DNA of 63,906 nucleotides, the filler included, from Squatina squatina (lineage: Eukaryota): assembly GCA_031763465.1 (NCBI GenBank). It is 4 parts of 4 records of this genome, joined end to end, with 100 filler letters (N's around TTAATTAATTAA, not from the genome) between each part and the next. Parts side by side here need not be neighbours in the genome. Positions count along the whole stretch, not along the records: positions 1 to 20,309 come from JARFOE010000001.1; 3 more parts are not named here. One strand, 5' to 3'. Positions within the stretch are counted from its first letter, which is position 1. Every line of letters begins with the position of its first letter. The position numbers were made by a program, and so were the translations under genes. The notes beneath the pieces are model-generated. The model had not been told where the DNA came from. It was given only the letters and a program-made list of their open reading frames with translations, and searched no databases. Below, one piece after another: positions 1-10,977 of the stretch.

Positions 1-1279
1 TAAAAGATATACCTACCTGATTGGCTGGGGCCACCCATGCGACCTCTCCAGCCTCTTCAGTTTGACTTGCCCGGGAAACTAGAAAACCCCGCTTTGAATC
101 TCCAACTCGGGAGGGGGGCTGAAGATCGCAAACTCGCGCGGATCCAGGACCCTTAGGTAAGTACGTTGAGTAAATTGCAATCAGAGGCACCCACACGCAG
201 GAAGCCTCCGATCGCAATTTCAGGGCCATTAACTGGAATCGTTGGTAATGGAATTATTAATACTGCAGTTCCGATAGCAACATTCAAGCAGTTAAAAATA
301 CATGATTTGGAAATTAATAAAATTGACCTATTTATCTTTATTTTCAAACGTAGTGCTATCACTATGCTATCAAGGACACCATTTTTCTTCTGGGAGGATT
401 GGGAGCTGCAGGTTACAACCCAACTATAACCCTCTCCATTGCCCAGAATGTGCAAGGGACAATGGCTTATGTACCTTACAATTCACCCAGTCTATCGAGA
501 AGAATGCCAGATCACACTATTCAGGCTTCCTAAGCAACAAGTAAATCTGAACACAACCTACTCTGCCTGGAGCAGCACCTGTTACGTGCGGGCCTGTCAT
601 AGGTAATCGGGATGCTCCCTAGGTGGATTTTCAGGCATATTGTCAGTTCTGTCACTCCAATTGACATGGAAGGAGGCTGGACTACTTAGACTGGAGCAAC
701 TCTTACAATGAAAATAATGCAAAAATAGCAAACTCCCCTAAGAGATGAGGATATGCTTTGCTATGATTTAAAAATAAATAAATAAGCTACCGCATTACAT
801 TAAAGCGGCCTCCACTGAATTGAAGAGGTTTGTAACAGCTCTGGCTCAGGGAGAAGCACAGCTCCAGTCGCTGCTGCAGGTGGCGCACAGGGACATAATA
901 TTAAACCTTGATTTGCATTTCAATGAAGAAACAAAAAAAAACAGAAATTTGCATCAGTGACCTTAAACGCTTTGTGTCTTTAGTTATGCATTCGCAGTAT
1001 GTTTCCACATAAAAATGAGGAAAGAAAAGTGGAAGACTTTCTGGTAGGCAACATGCAGACTAAATTCTCCCTGTTCTCGCATCTCGAAAACACCAGATGG
1101 TAGAGTATGCTCCAAAACCCAGATGTTCAGTACGGAATGATAATACCTCATTGTCCACAGAGAAAGAAGCAAAGGAAATNNNNNNNNNNNNNNNNNNNNN
1201 NNNNNNNNNNNNNNNNNNNNNNNNNNNNNNNNNNNNNNNNNNNNNNNNNNNNNNNNNNNNNNNNNNNNNNNNNNNNNNN

Positions 1280-1462
1280 ATGCCATCTAGCGCTGGACGC
1301 TGAATTTCCAGCGCTAGAGGTGCAACGCCCATTTAGCGCCAACGTTAGCAGGAGCCGAATTTCACATCGATAAACTTGGCGTCCAAAATTGGCGTTAGGC
1401 TGTTAACGCTGATTTAACGCTACTTTAGCGCCCCAAAAAAATGATGAATTGGCCGCCCCCAA
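1280..1462. mobile_element. GC/CpG-rich short DNA-transposon (MITE-like) end fragment
   Basis: CpG-rich patch in AT-rich DNA ending AATTGGCCGCCCCC, similar to the AATTT(C/G)NCCCC ends at about 23603, 30678 and 33184. Confidence 0.35.
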
Positions 1463-2606
1463 TATTCCTTTAAATATGTTAGCCAAAGAATAACAGGTTT
1501 ATCTTATATAGTTTAACATCTTCAGTGTGTATCATATATAATCTAGGCTTCTGTGCTGATTCAAACCGATCTATCGTTCTTCAAGCATTATTGTTAATGG
1601 GAGGTTTGTACAGGAATAATGGTAGGAAAATGGTGGATAGATTGTAAATTGTCCAATGCTGCTAAACACAGAATAAGTCATGCTACACAATTTGATTAAA
1701 GTGCAGTGGGATATTAATTAGGTTGGGAAAAGAATAAGAGTCATCTAAGTCATTCAGCAAGTGCAACGTCCAGGATAATGCAAGGAGACAATATATAAAA
1801 TCAAGTAGCTTTGCAATCAGATTACAAAGGAGGTTGGGAGTCCCTGACCTGTGACAGATGAAACTGAATTAAGTGCATTAAGGGAAGCATTCATCATAGG
1901 TTAAGAAAGCAGTGCAGCCTTTACTTAAAGCTCTATGAGTCATTCTTTTTGTCTTTATACTGTTCCATTCTGCTCATCAGCCCTTTCAGCATCCCTCATT
2001 TCCAATCCTCCTTCAGTAGGAATGCCACAACACTACTCTTGTGGGACCCTGCTCAGCAAACAGTTAGTGCCTTCATGATGGTTAGCAAGAGATAAAAATG
2101 ACAAATCAAAGNNNNNNNNNNNNNNNNNNNNNNNNNNNNNNNNNNNNNNNNNNNNNNNNNNNNNNNNNNNNNNNNNNNNNNNNNNNNNNNNNNNNNNNNN
2201 NNNNNNNNNNNNNNNNNNNNNNNNNNNNNNNNNNNNNNNNNNNNNNNNNNNNNNNNNNNNNNNNNNNNNNNNNNNNNNNNNNNNNNNNNNNNNNNNNNNN
2301 NNNNNNNNNNNNNNNNNNNNNNNNNNNNNNNNNNNNNNNNNNNNNNNNNNNNNNNNNNNNNNNNNNNNNNNNNNNNNNNNNNNNNNNNNNNNNNNNNNNN
2401 NNNNNNNNNNNNNNNNNNNNNNNNNNNNNNNNNNNNNNNNNNNNNNNNNNNNNNNNNNNNNNNNNNNNNNNNNNNNNNNNNNNNNNNNNNNNNNNNNNNN
2501 NNNNNNNNNNNNNNNNNNNNNNNNNNNNNNNNNNNNNNNNNNNNNNNNNNNNNNNNNNNNNNNNNNNNNNNNNNNNNNNNNNNNNNNNNNNNNNNNNNNN
2601 NNNNNN

Positions 2607-2752
2607 CCCAAACAGCACTGTGGGAGTATCTTCACCACACTGACTGCAGAGATTCCAGAAGGCGGCTCACCAGCACCTTCTCGAGGGCAATTAGGGATGG
2701 GCAATAAATGCCGGCCTTGCCAGCAATGCCCACATCCCATGAATTTTTTTTT
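2607..2752 (+). mobile_element. LINE/SINE 3' tail fragment
   Basis: GGCGGCTCACCAGCACCTTCTCGAGGGCAATTAGGGATGGGCAATAAATG...CCCACATCCCATGAA closely matches the 3' tail of the SINE at about 19320-19420. Confidence 0.7.
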
Positions 2753-3609
2753 TAAAGGATTAATTGTGCTGCAGACACTGCTTTTCCCTGCATATCTAGT
2801 AAGAGACTTAGTGGCTTGTAAATCAATATTCAAAAGCTTTGAAAACCCCTGAGGCTGCTTAAGACTTATACCTTCTCCGACTCAATGATTTCCTGAAATC
2901 CCCTCTGATTTTAAGACTGCAAAGTAAACTAATCATGAGCTCGCATCCCTGCCTACCTCACATCACTGAAAATGCTCCAGATGTCAAGTTTTAATAACTG
3001 GTAGCAAATCTGTACTTTAGAATATAAATAATGGATTTCTGGAATGAATTATAGATGTGCCTGCGGTTCTATGGGGTCTGTTTACCATGAAGATTATGAA
3101 GGATACAATTACATAGTCAATAGCATATGATATTTATCTAATGGGTGGACTCAACAAATATCAGATCCAAAATTGGTTTCTACCAATTGGTTTCTATTGA
3201 AAAATCTGATATCTAATAGGTACGCAATATGTTTTCTATTTGTAAATCACAAGATTGTAACATAAATGCAGATGAGGAAATACATTGATATAAATAATTA
3301 AACTCATCAGCTGCCCTTTCGTGAAAGTGATCAAAAAGATCTTGGGGGTAGGTTTTTGGCTCCACCACCTGGGCAGTAATCTGGAAGGCAATTTTGCCCA
3401 TGCTTTATAGAGCCTACTGGATTTTCAATCGATTGATTCCAATGGAATAGAAATGGGGCGGGGATTCTATAACAGACAGCCAATTCATCCTAGGCAGTGA
3501 AGACAAACTTTACTCCTTGATCTCTATCTGCTATTTTCCCCTCACCTCATTGTTTTCTTGCACTTGTCTCTGCCACTCCAATAAAAGATATTTCTCCATC
3601 CTGGCCATC

Positions 3610-3735
3610 ACCTGTTCCAATGAAGGGTCTGACTCATTCATTTTAACTGGTCTCTCTCGTTCACATGTTTGCCCTCAGTGGATTTCTAGTATTTTCTGTG
3701 TTTATCTCAGATTTCAAGCATTCATTGTTTTATTT
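3610..3735 (+). mobile_element. Degenerate Penelope-type repeat end
   Basis: ATGAAGGGTC...TAACTGGTCTCTCTC...ATTTTCTGTGTTTATCTCAGATTTCAAGCA resembles the copies at 15713 and 49515. Confidence 0.4.
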
Positions 3736-4115
3736 TATCTCTTAAATATAGATAATGACTAGAACTGGTTCAAACATAAGTTAGCCAGACCTATCACAGC
3801 TGGCATATAGTGATATTATGGATGGCCTCACAGAAAACATTAAAACAAATCAGTAAAAGAGAAACCATTTTAATTAGTTTGTTTGTGTTTCCTGTTGATT
3901 GGTATCAGTGTGGCTGTTAAGGGAACATTTGTTTAGTGTGTGGGTGAAGGGACGGCAGCTGTTGGGGCTTTGTTCCGTCCATCTTTAAATTCACATCACC
4001 AAAGCTAAAAAGAGTGAAAGCGAAGATGATGCAAATCAGGAAGTAGTTATATGGAGCAGAAATAACTCCATTAAAAAAACACATAACCTTCAAAATAATT
4101 AACCATTGCGCTTAC

Positions 4116-4197
4116 CATCAGTGAATGTGCTGACCAGCACATCCTGGGTCGAGACACCTGCTCCATGTCTGTTGAAAGCCAAAACTCGCAAACTGTA
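4116..4197 (-). CDS. Partial exon, fibronectin type III domain of a DCC/neogenin-family netrin receptor
   Basis: Translates [27 protein letters not shown], like DCC [27 protein letters not shown] and NEO1 YSFRVVAYNKHGPGVST.DVAVRTLSD (recalled). Phase-1 donor G|GTAAG at 4115. The 5' part is lost in an N gap. Confidence 0.85.
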
Positions 4198-5934
4198 NNN
4201 NNNNNNNNNNNNNNNNNNNNNNNNNNNNNNNNNNNNNNNNNNNNNNNNNNNNNNNNNNNNNNNNNNNNNNNNNNNNNNNNNNNNNNNNNNNNNNNNNTTA
4301 ACTTTTCTTTTTTCTACCAAGCCTACAATGGATGTCTGGCAAACAGTTTTATTCAGAAAATGCACATCAGTAGATGAAGGGAATCACACTTATGTCTCTC
4401 TCTGATGCAAAGCAATTCCCTCCCTTCTGCCCCCAAAATATGCCTGAATCCCAACCCCTGAAGAGCACCTCCTACCCCACCAATGTGGCATGTGTCCATT
4501 TCTCACATCAGCCATCCTGTGGCCTGTCTGATTGCTAATGTAGTGCCAATTAGTGGAAATTAGTGTATTGTCTTTGGTCTTTGACCACTGGGAACTGGCT
4601 TGAAACTTAACAATCTCATTTCACATCAGAACTTACAGCCAAGAAACTAAGAGAATTTTCCCCTATTAGCCTGGGATATTTTGCTTTTCTACTCCGAGAA
4701 ATTGGCAATCGAACAAGCTCAGTCAATTGAGTTAGTCTGCATATGAATGAATAAATGGAGAAATGAATACCATTTTTCCCACTGAACATACTAACAAGCA
4801 GCTTTCCCAGTAAGCACTTTAATCAGTAAAAAGTATTGAAAATCTAGCAGGATTGAGGAAATGTTGAATACAAAGGGAAAACATGTTATGCAGCAAACAA
4901 TAAACTATGCTTTAATGTTTCTTGTCGATTCTATAAAAGCAGTATCAGAAAAAACAAATTCAAACAAATTCTAAAGGATTAGGCATGCAAGTAATCAGCC
5001 CAAATCAGCATAATGAGAGAAATAGATTTGCGACTGAAACACGTATGAATTTTCAATGAGACGTTCATTTGGCTCATGTCACGGATTCCCTATACCACAT
5101 TGTTAATATTACCGGAAAGGCTAATTTCCAGAAGCATGCACTTTATACGACACGGTGCGCTTTGGATGTTAATAAGATTACCAGCTGGAATAGTAATGAG
5201 CTATTGAAATGCTGGACCCCACAGTACAAGGCAAGCAGAATTAAGTGTGAATTAATGGAAGCCTCGCTGCCCAGCAACCTTTTCAAAAGTGTGAAAATGA
5301 AAATTATAAAACAGGATTTACAGTCCCTAACCTCATTACATCCAAACTCAGCCAATGAGACCATCAACCCTCTACAACTCCCAGTATGTTGGTGAAATTT
5401 TACATTTTAAGCAGATGTGGAAGCTCTGTGCTAAACTGCAGCTGATCCTTTTAGCCCCTTTCTGATGTATTAACCACAATCTGTATAAAGTAATTTTAAT
5501 AAGTATTAGATTTTTTTTTTGTAATGTTAACATCTTAATCCTGACTAAATCAACATTTTCAGACACATTAGCACAAATTAAATTAATTCCTATCGCTGCC
5601 TTGGATAATTTCAAATTAGTTTTTTTGGAATTAGAACACCCTGTTCATTTTTTAAAAGGTCTGAATACCAGTTTCTAGTGTTTGAACACTTTAGAATTTG
5701 CTCTGAATTTACAATGCCGAGATTTTGCTTCTTTATATCGGTTCTCATTTTTTCCATCCCTTTTTTTGTGGGGATGTCCTGATCCAGAGAGGATGGGAAG
5801 TGGAAAAAGACCCANNNNNNNNNNNNNNNNNNNNNNNNNNNNNNNNNNNNNNNNNNNNNNNNNNNNNNNNNNNNNNNNNNNNNNNNNNNNNNNNNNNNNN
5901 NNNNNNNNNNNNNNTCACATTACTTCAATGACAT

Positions 5935-6720
5935 CAGAGTCTATGTAGGTCCCCTTTGGGGTTCAGAACACTTAGACATGTATGGGAATGGCTTTCTCTG
6001 GCCGTCCTGGAGGCTGCAGGATCAAAAATGACTGATGTCACTGGGAAGTGGACACAGCAACCTTCAGCACATGAAGATTACTGTCCACAAACATTTATGT
6101 GTGCTGTGTTGATGTAGAGAATCAAAACAATTTTATGCACCATGGGACAGTTCAAGCAGAGTTCCCAGTGGCAAAGGCTCTAATTCACCTCTCACGAATG
6201 CCCAGCCTGCTGCCATACAGACCTTCGGGTTCATGTGGACAGCCATTGATACCAGCTTTTCCACCATTCATTTTGCTGTTACACAGATCTGTTGTATGTT
6301 AAAAGGGTCCAGTGTCATGGGCAAGTTTGGAATGGCCATGGATGATGTTGCTGTCTCAGGATGACAACACATTCATACCCCCCACCACCACTGCTAGCCA
6401 CTTGGAGGAAAGTGGTCAGACTGCCCCTTGCAGCTACCAATGTGGCATAACCTGCAGCTAAGCCAAGAACTCTGAGCAGTGAGCCAAACTCAAAGGGACC
6501 CTAGGATGCAGAGTCAGGGCACCTTTGAGTGCTGAGCTTAAACTTAATGGTTCAGTGATGCCTTGCTACATTTACTTCTATTTGAGTAGCTGCCCGACAC
6601 ATGGTATCATACCAGTCATGAGCTGCTTTACTGGTGGGATCTTGTAACGAGCACATGGGGGCACCCTCCAGAAAAGGCAGCTGTCAGCGTGATGAAAAAC
6701 TCAACATACAGGACAATGAG
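5935..6720 (-). mobile_element. Possible highly decayed DNA transposon (Harbinger-like) relic
   Basis: Raised GC content and weak resemblance to the HARBI1-like segment at 33530-34430; no clean ORF. Confidence 0.2.
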
Positions 6721-7214
6721 CTATTTGACCAGAGCTGACATTTTAACCTACTCATTTCCATGAAAAGATCTTGGCAAGGTAAAACCGAACATCTGCCATA
6801 AATTAATTTGAAAATCTTTTATGTATGAATTTAATCTCTTTTTTTTAAAAAGAAAACAACTTAATCTAGAAATTCCATCTGCACAGCTTCATCAACCAGC
6901 TCAACAGCTGCTCCAGTCAGTTATCATCCTTTTACAACACAAGGACTTCTGACCAGAGATCTCTGGTGGGGTTGCAAGCTATCAGAATCTATCTGTGAGA
7001 GCTCATTACATTCACAGTGAAGATTATATTTTGTGAAGCTAGCTCACTAGTGGATATGTTCAGCAAATTAATAAAAGAAAATGCAAACATCCAGAACCTC
7101 ACAACACCATAACCCTCTTTAAGCAAAGAGTCTCACCATGAGGATCCCATTTATTCTTGCAAATTTTAACCCCTCCCCTACCCTCCTTTTAAGAACGTGT
7201 TGACTCTTTGCCAT

Positions 7215-7296
7215 TACCAGTGGTGTTGCACAGGGCTCAGCGTGGGTCCCTTGCTGTTTGTGTTATATATTAATGATTTGGACTTGAATGTGGGGG
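7215..7296 (+). mobile_element. CR1 LINE reverse transcriptase fragment
   Basis: GPLLFVLYINDLDLNVG matches the CR1 RT (PQGSVLGPLLF..YINDL) motif. Confidence 0.8.
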
Positions 7297-7819
7297 NNNN
7301 NNNNNNNNNNNNNNNNNNNNNNNNNNNNNNNNNNNNNNNNNNNNNNNNNNNNNNNNNNNNNNNNNNNNNNNNNNNNNNNNNNNNNNNNNNNNNNNNATAA
7401 TGGATTAGGTAACAAGAAGACAGCAAAAATGATGAAAAAAAGGATCTTTGAGCTGCAGAAAATTCTATCCATACAGATTTCCCCAGGGGAACCAAATCCC
7501 ATGAAGTACAAATCCTAGGCAGTCTTTTTTTTTATTGCCACTCTGCTCAGCTCTGTACATATTAACATGTTTTAAATTTAGATCAACCTGATTTAGTTGT
7601 GTCTGCACGCATCTAGGGTACAAACATGATTTAAATAGAGTTTAAAGAACCTGTCTTCCTTTCCCAATCAGTTACGAAATATCAATTTATTGCAAGGACT
7701 GTAGGGCTAGAAATTCACGTGCTCACCGCCGGTCCGTAGCGCCATGAAATGGCGGTATAATGGTGGCCACCGCTCTTTTTCCAGATTGTGGTGGGTGCCA
7801 TATTTCTCTCCCATACAGC

Positions 7820-8390
7820 AGGCCCATCAAAGGACTGGAGAAGTACCACCAACGTTGCCTCCGCAAAATCCTGGATAGGTTTACCAATGTCAACATCCTG
7901 CCTCAGACAAATATCCCCTGCATAGAGATATTGGTCACACTCAGCCAGCTGTGATGGGCGAGCCACACCATCTGCACGTCTGACACAAGACTCCTGAAAC
8001 AAGACTCTAATCTGAGCTTCGTCATGACAAGCGGGAGGGCAGAGGAAGTGCTTCAAGAACGTCCTCAAAGCCTCCTTGAAAAAATGTAACATTCCCACTG
8101 GCTCATGGGAATTTCTGGCCCAAGATTGCCCAAACTGGAGAAGAAGCATCAGCGAAGGCACCAATCACTTAGAGCTTCTCCAGCTGGAACACGTAGAGGC
8201 CAAACACAAACTGTGGAAGGAATGTGTGGAAACCCGAGCATCCCACCTACCCGCCCCATCAAACACTACCTGCCCCACCTGTGGTAGATTTTGTGGATCC
8301 AGTATAGGACTATTTAGTCACCTCAGATTGCACAACTCCAGAGTAGGAGCAAGTCAGCCTCGACCCCGAGGTGCTGCCGAAGAAGAGTAA
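7820..8390 (+). mobile_element. RTE-clade LINE 3' fragment (decayed)
   Basis: KYHQRCLRKIL, GGQRKCFKNVLKASLKKCNI..SWEFLAQD..NWRRSI, C-terminal TCPTCGRFCGSSIGLFSHLRLH zinc finger and a GAAGAAGA-like tail; contains stops and frameshifts. Confidence 0.8.
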
Positions 8391-8399
8391 AATGTGAAA

Positions 8400-9300
8400 T
8401 GTCTTTAGGGAGTGCTGCTGGATACTTGCAAGGGCTCGGATGATAAACGAAGGCCTCTAAGAAGACAGGACATGCTGCAAATGCTCAGCAAGTCACATAA
8501 CATCCGTGGAGAGAAAAAAACAGATTTCACTTCTATGGCCATGTCATTTCACATTTACAGCAGAGGGAAGTGGAAGACGCAGGTGAACAAGATGCAGAAG
8601 AATGGGAAACAGAAGATGCAGAAGCCAAAGAGGAGGAAACAGATGGAAGGATGCATCCGAGAGAGCCCCATTTGTGGGTAGGATATCCAGGATGGAATCA
8701 TCCTCCTGCGATCCCATTGGCTGGGCAGGCTACGTATCTTGGGTTTGTGAAGGGTGGAGTTGTGCTGATGGGAGGGCAGGAAAGCAAAAGGTGCATACCA
8801 GAATGAGGACAACGTGCGAGGATACCTGCATCTTGCATCCTTGTAGCCCTGCCATTGAGCAAGGGCTGAAACATGTCCTGACCAAGAATGGTCTGCTCCG
8901 TCGCCTCCAACGGGGTGAGGTGAGGTGGGGAATGGAAGATGTGGCTCATCATTGGGGCAGATTATTGCAAGGTGAGTGATTGAGGTTTTGCATTGAGCAG
9001 TATGTGAGGCGGTTGGTAGGAGACAGCTCTTGAAGAGGCAGGCACTGACATTGACAAGTGGACTGAGGTCATGAAGCTTTTGTGGGCACTGGAGCCAGGT
9101 GGTGGGGGCAGCACTGCTGGCAGTGACAGCTTTAATGATGTACTCACACATCATTCTTTCTGGAGGGCCTCCTGGCCCCTGTGCCACAGAGGGCTGCTCT
9201 TGCAGTGTTGACCCCCTACACAAGGCGTGTGTATGTTGTAGCGTGTGAGATCTTCAGTTCCCTTTCCCTGGCTTGCTGAGCCATTCTTGCGAGTTCTGAG
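8400..9300 (-). mobile_element. Decayed Myb/SANT-like ORF, probably the Harbinger second gene
   Basis: IIKAVTASSAAPTTWLQCPQKLHDLSPLV resembles the MSANTD/NAIF1-type helix 'V.A.S..PRTW.QCRKKFNDL'. Confidence 0.45.
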
Positions 9301-9560
9301 GCAATTTTCCCATTTGTTGAGGTTAGGAAGTTAATTCAACTTTAATAGCTGAATATTCGCATTTGGATCTGCTTTTAAATATTAAATATTTCTTAAAATG
9401 TAGAAAGGGCTGAAACCCTGTAATGATTCACAGCATGTTTTTGTATTGCTTCTGTGTACATGGCCCCTCTAAATCTCAGACCTCTTCACTTTCTTATGAG
9501 CTCCACAGCGTTGCTCACAGATCCTTCAAGCAATGCCTCCTGGAATTACTGCAATTAGAT

Positions 9561-10141
9561 CTGACCTTGGTGAGACCTCACCTGGAGTATTGTGTACAGT
9601 TTTGGACTCCTTACCTAAGAAAGGATATACTTGCCATAGAGGGAGTACGGTGAAGGTTCATCAGACTGATTCCTGGGAAGGTGGGACTGTCCTATGAGGA
9701 GAGATTGAGTAGAATGGGCCTGTATTCTCTGGAATTTAGGAGAATGAGACGTGATCTCATTGAAACATATATAAAATTCTTACAGGGTTCAACGGGGTAG
9801 ATGCAGGCAGGTGTTTCCCCTGGCTGCAGGGTCTAGAACCAGGGCCACAGTCACAGAATAAGGGGTTGGCCATTTAGAACTGAGATGAGGAGCAATTTCT
9901 TCACTCAGAGTGTGGTGAATCTTTAGAATTCTCTCTCCCAGAGAGCTGTGGAGGCTCAGTCATTGAGTATATTCAAAACAGAGCTCGACAGCTTTCTAGA
10001 TGTTAAAGACATCAGGGGATATGGGGATAGTGCAGGGAATTGGTGTTGATGTAGAAGATCAGCCATGATCTCAGTGAACGCTGGAGCAGGCTCGAGCGGC
10101 CAAATGTCCTGCTCCTTCTCCTATTTCTTATGTTCTTATGG
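9561..10141 (+). mobile_element. CR1 LINE 3' portion
   Basis: [24 protein letters not shown]-terminus, typical CR1 3'UTR, ends with a (TTCTTATG)n tail. Confidence 0.9.
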
Positions 10142-10349
10142 GATGGCGTTGAATGGAAGGTGGGTGCTGCACCACCTATCTCCTCCATGCCCTCCAGACC
10201 AATTTCACCGGTTCTCCTTGCGGCCATTTACAGCGGCCGTTAACCACGGTTGCATGTAACAACAGCAACACTGGCAACTTTGCTGGAGAACACAAATCTT
10301 TCCCCCGTGCTGTTCTGTTCATCGAAACGCGTGGGGCTCCGCAAAGAAA

Positions 10350-10977
10350 GGTGCTTGGGCCCCAGCTGTTCACAATCTATACCAATGATTTGGATGAAGG
10401 GATCAAATGTAATGTATCCAAGTTTTCTGATGATACAAAGCTCGGTGGGAATGTGAGTTGTGAGGAGGATGCAAAGAGGCATCAAGGGGATACAGAGAAG
10501 CTAAGTGACTGGGCAAGAACATGGCAGATGGATTATAATGTGGAAAAATGTGATGCTATCCACTTTGGTAAGTAAAATAGAAATGCAGAGTATTTATTAA
10601 ATGGTGAAAGATTGGGAAATGTTGATTTTCAAAGGGATCTGCGTATCCTTGTTCACGAGTCACTAAAACCTAGCATGCAGGTGCAGCAAGCAATTCGAAA
10701 GGCAAATGGTGTGTGACCTTTATTACAAGAGGATTTGAGTACAGTACAGGATTAAAGACGTCTTGCTGCAATAATATTGGCCATGGTGAGACCGTACTGA
10801 GAGTATTGTGTACAATTTTGGTGTCCTTACTATAGAAGGAGTGTAACAAAGGTTCACTGGACTGATTTCTGGGATGGCGGGTTTGTCCTATTAGGAAAGA
10901 TTGAGGAGACTAGGTCTGTGTTCTCTAGAGATTAGAAGAATATGAGGTGATCTCATTGAACCGTGCAAAATTCTTAC
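10350..10977 (+). mobile_element. CR1 LINE RT fragment
   Basis: VLGPQLFTIYTNDLDEGIKCNVSKFSDDTKLGG (FADD-like motif) followed by WQMDYNVEKC. Confidence 0.9.

Noticed and set aside
153-3762. Short ORFs and poly-X ORFs in the track (here and throughout)
   Set aside because: They have no recognisable domains and many are open only because they cross N gaps
10350-10977. Reverse transcriptase as part of a retron, DGR or group II intron
   Set aside because: The motifs and octamer-tailed 3'UTRs are those of CR1 LINEs, and the copies are broken
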